A DNA stretch of 41,220 nt, taken from Kondoa subrosea (lineage: Eukaryota). The DNA lies in contig BCIN01000005.1 in the NCBI GenBank assembly GCA_039545335.1, forward strand, positions 1,457,946-1,499,165, read 5' to 3'. A program made the position numbers and the translations under genes. Below, in pieces: positions 36,438-41,220 of the stretch. Positions within the stretch are counted from its first letter, which is position 1; each line of letters opens with the position of its first letter. The notes under the pieces were generated by a model that saw only the letters and a program-made list of their open reading frames with translations, was not told the origin of the DNA and made no database searches.

Positions 36438-37397
36438 TTACTCTTGCTGCAGATTGTCTAGCTTCGCCATTATATCTTTATGCCCAGTACTCAGATGCAT
36501 AAAGCATCTCCAGCCATGTCCCATCTGGTCTAGCACCTTGGCTTTATGAATCTTATCAAATTTCTTCGACTTGCAAAGATTGCATTCGTCACCTTGCTTC
36601 CCGTACCAGTTTGGCCAGCGTGCATTGTTTGGTTGATTGATCAGATGTACGTTCTCATCTGTGATTCGCAAGCCTTTGTGCTGATTCAAGCGGCTTCTCC
36701 AGACCTTTTGCTCTTGAACAGAGAATTGATCTTTGCTGTTTGCCTGATAGAACGAACGCTTTCTAGTAGCAGTAGCATTGGTCATGTCTTTCAAAGGTGT
36801 GTCCTCGAGCTTTCCCTCCTTGGTCATAGTTGAGAATATGTCCAAGCAGGCTTCTGTGTCTGCTAAAGCTGAGTGAGCATTCTTTAGCTCTTTACCGGTA
36901 TAGTACATGAGAGCTGTGCTCAAATTTCTTTTGATACAGTCCTTCTGAAAGCTTTGGAACAGATCTGTAATGATGCAAGAATCGATGTTGTGCGATACTT
37001 TGCTTCTGTTCATTTCTGCTCTCAGGAGAGGTAAGTCAAAAGCTTCAATGTTGTACCCTACTAGATTGCAGTCTCTGAAGACAGGTACTAGTTGTTGGGC
37101 TATTGATTTGAAGCTTGGGCATTGCTTCACGTCGTGATTTGTGATTCTATGAATCTTAGTGCTTTCTTCAGGTATGTTCACCTGTGGATTGAAGCGTATC
37201 GTTTTAGTCTGACGTTTCCCATTAGGGTGCAATTGAATTACTGTAGGTTCTACTATCCTGTCTTTCTGACAATCTAATCCTGTTGTTTCTAGATCAAAGA
37301 TGACTGTTCGTCTCTTGATTTGGAGATTATGTCTGGCATTCTTAAGCTTTATTCGTTCTAAGACTTCTGTTTTGGCAAGATCTTTATGCTTGGTCAA
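36438..37397 (-). CDS. DEDDh (DnaQ / Pol III epsilon-like) 3'-5' exonuclease with a Cys/His-rich C-terminal extension
   Basis: ExoI VIFDLETTGL..DRIVE, ExoII LVGYNIEAFDLPLL, ExoIII AHSALADTEAC. Tail ECNLCK..H..C..H..H. No AUG upstream of ExoI in this frame, so the true start is probably in ORF 37394-37591. Confidence 0.9.
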   Translation of the reverse strand: MTKHKDLAKTEVLERIKLKNARHNLQIKRRTVIFDLETTGLDCQKDRIVEPTVIQLHPNGKRQTKTIRFNPQVNIPEESTKIHRITNHDVKQCPSFKSIAQQLVPVFRDCNLVGYNIEAFDLPLLRAEMNRSKVSHNIDSCIITDLFQSFQKDCIKRNLSTALMYYTGKELKNAHSALADTEACLDIFSTMTKEGKLEDTPLKDMTNATATRKRSFYQANSKDQFSVQEQKVWRSRLNQHKGLRITDENVHLINQPNNARWPNWYGKQGDECNLCKSKKFDKIHKAKVLDQMGHGWRCFMHLSTGHKDIMAKLDNLQQE

Positions 37398-37686
37398 GTT
37401 TGGAACAAGGTCTTTTCACTTTGGCTCGGTTCAGTGCATGCATACAGCGGAGCTGCAAGGTGTGCTGTGAGCTCTAGACTCTGGGGCTGTTTCTGATTCT
37501 CTTCTTTCAATAGTGTATATGTTTTCTCCTTCCAGGCTGTGAGCCTTTCTTCAAACAATCCTTTAATCATTGATGTCCTGATAATGATCATCAGATTGAT
37601 TGATTATCAAGGTGTGTGTTTATATAGTGTCATGTTTTTGTTGTCTGGTTTACATTAATATGAGCTTATCTTTCTAGTACGATGTA

Positions 37687-40377
37687 TTACAATCCCTTTA
37701 GCTTTCGCGCGGTAAGTATTCTACGGTTCAGTTTTGGAGGTAGCGAAACACACATAGTGATCTTTTCTTTGGATAAGAAGCTAGGTATGTTTGGTTCTTT
37801 GGCTATGGCCTCTGAGAATTGGTCCAAAGCCTTTCTGACTTCTTTAGTATCTATAGCAGGATTCTGTTGGAGATGGAAGAGTAAAGGTATGTCCTTTATC
37901 TTTTCCTTAGGTTCTAGATATGCTGCTCGTCTCGCATAGTCGACACCTGAAAGCGCTTTGGAAATGAATTTGTCAGAGTAGCCTCTGCTCTTCAGTCTTT
38001 CTCTGAATAAGACTAGTAAGCTTTCGTAGTCTTCTCTGCATGAGTTCGTTCTAACGTATCTTATAGCTTCGCCTTTAATGAAGGCTGCCTTCATTGCATC
38101 GTTGTGATAGGACTTTGCTGGCAGGTAAGAATATCTGTTCATTGGCTTTTGATATGTCCTGATGTCTAGCTTTCCTTCTTTTCGGAATCTTTTGCCTGTA
38201 CTAATCTCTAGATCAAGCATGATAGCTCTGTCCTTGGAGATATCAGAGGTGAGTTTGATAGTCTTCTCGAGTGCATTTAGTTCCTTGAAGAACTGTTGTA
38301 CTTGCTCGTGAGTGCATATAAAGAGAGCAAATATATCATCTACAAAGCGTCTGTATAGTTTTAATAGTCCGCTCTTTTGCCATTTTTCGACAAGTGCCTT
38401 TTCAACCTCTTCCATGAACAGATTCGCCAGATTTACAGCGCAAGGAGTGCCCATGGCGGTGCCTCCCTTTTGTCTATATACCTTGCCTAAGAAGATGTTG
38501 TAGTTGCTTTGCATTGTTATCCTCAAGGCTTCACAAAGAAATCTCAATCTATTAGAGTCGTATCCTTCTTCCTGGAGTCTAGCAGCAATGAGACTTATAG
38601 CTCTATCTGTTGGTATGTTTGGGTACATTGCTTCTATATCAGCTGTCGCTAACCATAGGTCTGCATTGCGTTCTAGCGTTGTAGCTAATTGGCTGTCATG
38701 TTCAATAATGCCAATCAACTGGCTGCTGTCTCTAAGACATATTGATGATCTCTTCACATACGGCGCAAGTTCTACATCGATCCACTGGGAGAGTGCGTAA
38801 GTAGACCATCCGCAAGATGGTGTTATAGGTCTGCTTGCTATCTTTGGAGGTTTGTGGATTTTTGCCAGTATGTAAAAGCGAATGAGCTGATCTGGAGTAT
38901 CCTTTGTTATCCAGGCTCTTTCTTCTTCTGTTAGTTCCTTATAGGAATCGACAAGTCTCGAAATTGATTTTCTTACATTGAACAGTATGACATCCTGGGG
39001 TAGGTCTATTTGTTCGTAAGTGCTCTCATCTTGAAGATGTTTATGGCATTCGCTGATGTACCATGTAGTATCTACTGCTGTATATCCTAAGTTTTTGTCA
39101 GCAGCAATGATGAGAATTTCGTCATCGAGTAGCAGCTTTTCTAAAGCTTGATGGCTAGCAATGGGTAGGTTTCTCTCCTCCTGTTTAGTTTCAGGCAGTT
39201 TACGTAGTGCCTTGCGTAGGCAGTTTAACTGGGTCTCTACGAAGCTGTCTTGCGGTTCTGGATGGAAAGACGATCTTTTCCTCCATCTCGAGGGCGGAAT
39301 GATCATGTCCTCAACCTCTGCTTCTTATTCGGGTGAGTTATACTCTACGTGAAACATTTGACGAAGTCTGATCATGCGTTTAAAGCGCTGGAATCCGCTT
39401 TCAAGTGAGCTTTTATCTCTTCTTGGTATATCAATGAATCTTAGCCCCATGGCTAGAGCTTCTTTCTCCAGATCTGTGAGTTTCCTAGTAGTCAGGTCAT
39501 TGACTTGTATGTCTTTGACTCCTAGTGTCAATAGGTTATTTCTCGCTTTGGTCTCTTCGACTGTGTAAGTCTTCTTTGCTCCTCTGCGTCCTCGTCCTCT
39601 ACGTTTGGAAGAAATAGTACTGATAGCATTGTCCGTAGAATTACTACTACAAGGGGCTGTGAACTCTATGGTCTGCCCCTCCCTCTGCCTCTGCCTCCTC
39701 TGAATGTTGGGGTTTGAGAGTGATGGTGAGTCTTGGCTTTCTTGTGAGTTCCGTCGTTCTGACGATGGTGATTCTCCTTTCTCTTCGAAGGACCAGCAAT
39801 CTAATAGTGATTTAGCTGGGTTGTGTGTTTGTGAAACCGAATGGCATACTGGAGCGCTATGTCTCAAGGCAAGTTCTTCCTTTGCCTTGTTGACCCTCTT
39901 CTCGAAGCTTTCTGATTCCAACTTCCAGGCAGTATCTGCTTCCTTCAAGGCTATTTCCTTTACGATATTGGCTTCCCCTTGCAACATCAAGAAGACTGCT
40001 TCTATGATTCCATCGATCTCGCTATCCCAAGTATCTGCTAGGCTTGCATCTACCAACCTTTTGCTTTCAATGACGGATTTGGCTTTCTTGTAGGTTACTT
40101 GAATGAAGTTTCCTGAAAGAATGTCGTTGATCTGCTTTTCTAGTTGCTCAGCACTGTGGCTGCAGATGATGTGCATGCGGGCTCTCTGGTATGTGGTCCA
40201 TAATTGAGCTGCTTGTTGGTCCAATTCTTCTCCTAGGCTCTTGATACCTGCATCTGGAGCGAAGATTGGAATAGAGGAGAGAACGAAATTTCCTTCTGTA
40301 GAGGATTGGTAGCGTTCTTTCCAGTGTGGCATACTAGAATGAGACTGTAGCAATAGATTAGTAAACATAGGCGACAT
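37687..40377 (-). pseudogene. Penelope-like reverse transcriptase (ORF1-RT frame, about 896 codons, one in-frame TAA at 39325-39327)
   Basis: PLE N-terminal motif NDLTTRKLT..E..AL..GLRF, ADKNLG, FYILAKIHK..SRPI, DIEAMYPNIP, GTAMGTPCAVNLANLFM, YRRFVDDIF, LDL, and thumb YQKPMNRYSYLP..SYH..FIKGEAIRY..RLKSRGY. ORFs 39325-40377 and 37687-39306 are in the same frame. No GIY-YIG found. Confidence 0.92.
39666..40377 (-). CDS. Predicted spliced ORF1 protein (helical/coiled-coil with a basic RGG tail)
   Basis: Removing intron 39801-39849 (GTATGC...GCTAAA...TTAG, 49 nt) gives ...KAKEELALRHSAP|IAGPSKRKENHHRQNDGTHKKAKTHHHSQTPTFRGGRGRGRGRP* (TAG 39666-39668). Confidence 0.65.
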
Positions 40378-41220
40378 TAGAGATAATGTTAGCCTACTCT
40401 TGACTTTTGCTCACTTCTCAATCCAAATACGATTATTTCCACATGACTGCAGACATAGGTGTATGTCCTACAATCCATTGTTCAGATTTCGTCTCAAAGG
40501 CTCTCGAGAGTGCCCTCTTAGATGACTGTGACTTACCAGAAAGGAATAAGGTAAAGGGTATGACCAACCAGCAGATACATCCACTGCATCACAAATGACT
40601 GATCAGTAATGGAACAAGATAGCAATGTGCGCGTATAGCTCACAAGTGCTTCAAGGCATGCGTGGAGGTAAGCTTCTCTTCAATCAAACCGCTTTCAAAC
40701 CACCTTCTTCTCCTCAATCATTCATTCTCACTGTTATCCTCATTCTCCGTTTCTTTGCTCTATCGAAGAAGTATCCGTGCAACACGATCATTACGTCCAA
40801 GCCTGTTCACAGCGTTCAGCATCAGTGCCTTACAACCTGTCAGTAAGTGAAGCCCGTACTGGAGAGCTNTCAATCTGAGCGTTGCAATCAGCTGAGTACT
40901 ATGTGTGTGAAGCAGTATAACGCACTTGAAGATACACATGACACTCAAGCAAGCAGAATAAAGTAATAGAAGCAANGGGANCAAGTGACATTGAGATTGA
41001 GTATNTGAGCGAGTGAACGGCATNANTNTCCAACGCGANCAGGTGNAGTAGCCATAATCCGAACGTTTCCAAAGTAGCAACAATCAATCCATATAGCTAT
41101 AGCTCATTGAGCGCCTTTGCCTGGAGCTGGATTTCTCTGCTTCTTTCTCATTCGTATTCCTGCTGTCTATTCACCAGCGGCGGGTATGTTCACATCCTCA
41201 ATAAGCAGAGGGTATAAAAA

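Larger units (their letters stand above)
34191..40377 (-). mobile_element. Endonuclease-less Penelope-like retroelement with exonuclease and hammerhead; boundaries undetermined
   Basis: ORF1/RT, DEDDh ORF and hammerhead are all co-oriented, in a region lacking conserved host genes beyond ATP11. Including the hammerhead in this same copy is an inference. Confidence 0.75.

Noticed and set aside
37397..37690. 46-nt GTAATA...CAG intron (37690-37645) that would delete the RT stop and put the RT in frame with the exonuclease
   Set aside because: The 82-codon linker in that frame has five stops, about random expectation, while the flanking ORFs are nearly intact. Worth rechecking in intact copies.
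33100..41220. Telomeric repeats, pseudo-LTR direct repeats or target-site duplication around the PLE
   Set aside because: No TTAGGG/CCCTAA arrays or long repeat pair seen by eye; the window ends in N-containing low-quality sequence.

Overview
Intron-rich fungal genomic DNA (introns of about 45-70 nt with GTRAG/GTACG/GTATGC donors; probably a basidiomycete, by inference). Bases 1-33,030 hold about 15 host genes: a CFEM/GPI protein, a glycosyltransferase-like/alginate-lyase-like membrane protein, a dual-specificity phosphatase, YDJ1, an RGS-LOV photoreceptor-like protein, a HAC1/XBP1-type bZIP with a 20-nt Ire1-type intron, a Cid1-like nucleotidyltransferase, NDUFA11, NudC, a SIZ/PIAS SUMO ligase, NDUFS6, Shp1/p47, Atp11 and two unknowns. 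From about 33.1 kb to the end lies an accessory region. On the minus strand it carries a Penelope-like retroelement (PLE) with no recognisable GIY-YIG endonuclease. A 49-nt intron appears to switch between a short RGG-tailed ORF1 and an ORF1-RT fusion. Downstream in the same orientation are a bacterial-type DnaQ/DEDDh 3'-5' exonuclease ORF and a type I hammerhead ribozyme. The RT frame has one in-frame TAA, so this copy is probably decaying. All exon boundaries and family assignments come from reading the sequence by eye, not from database searches.
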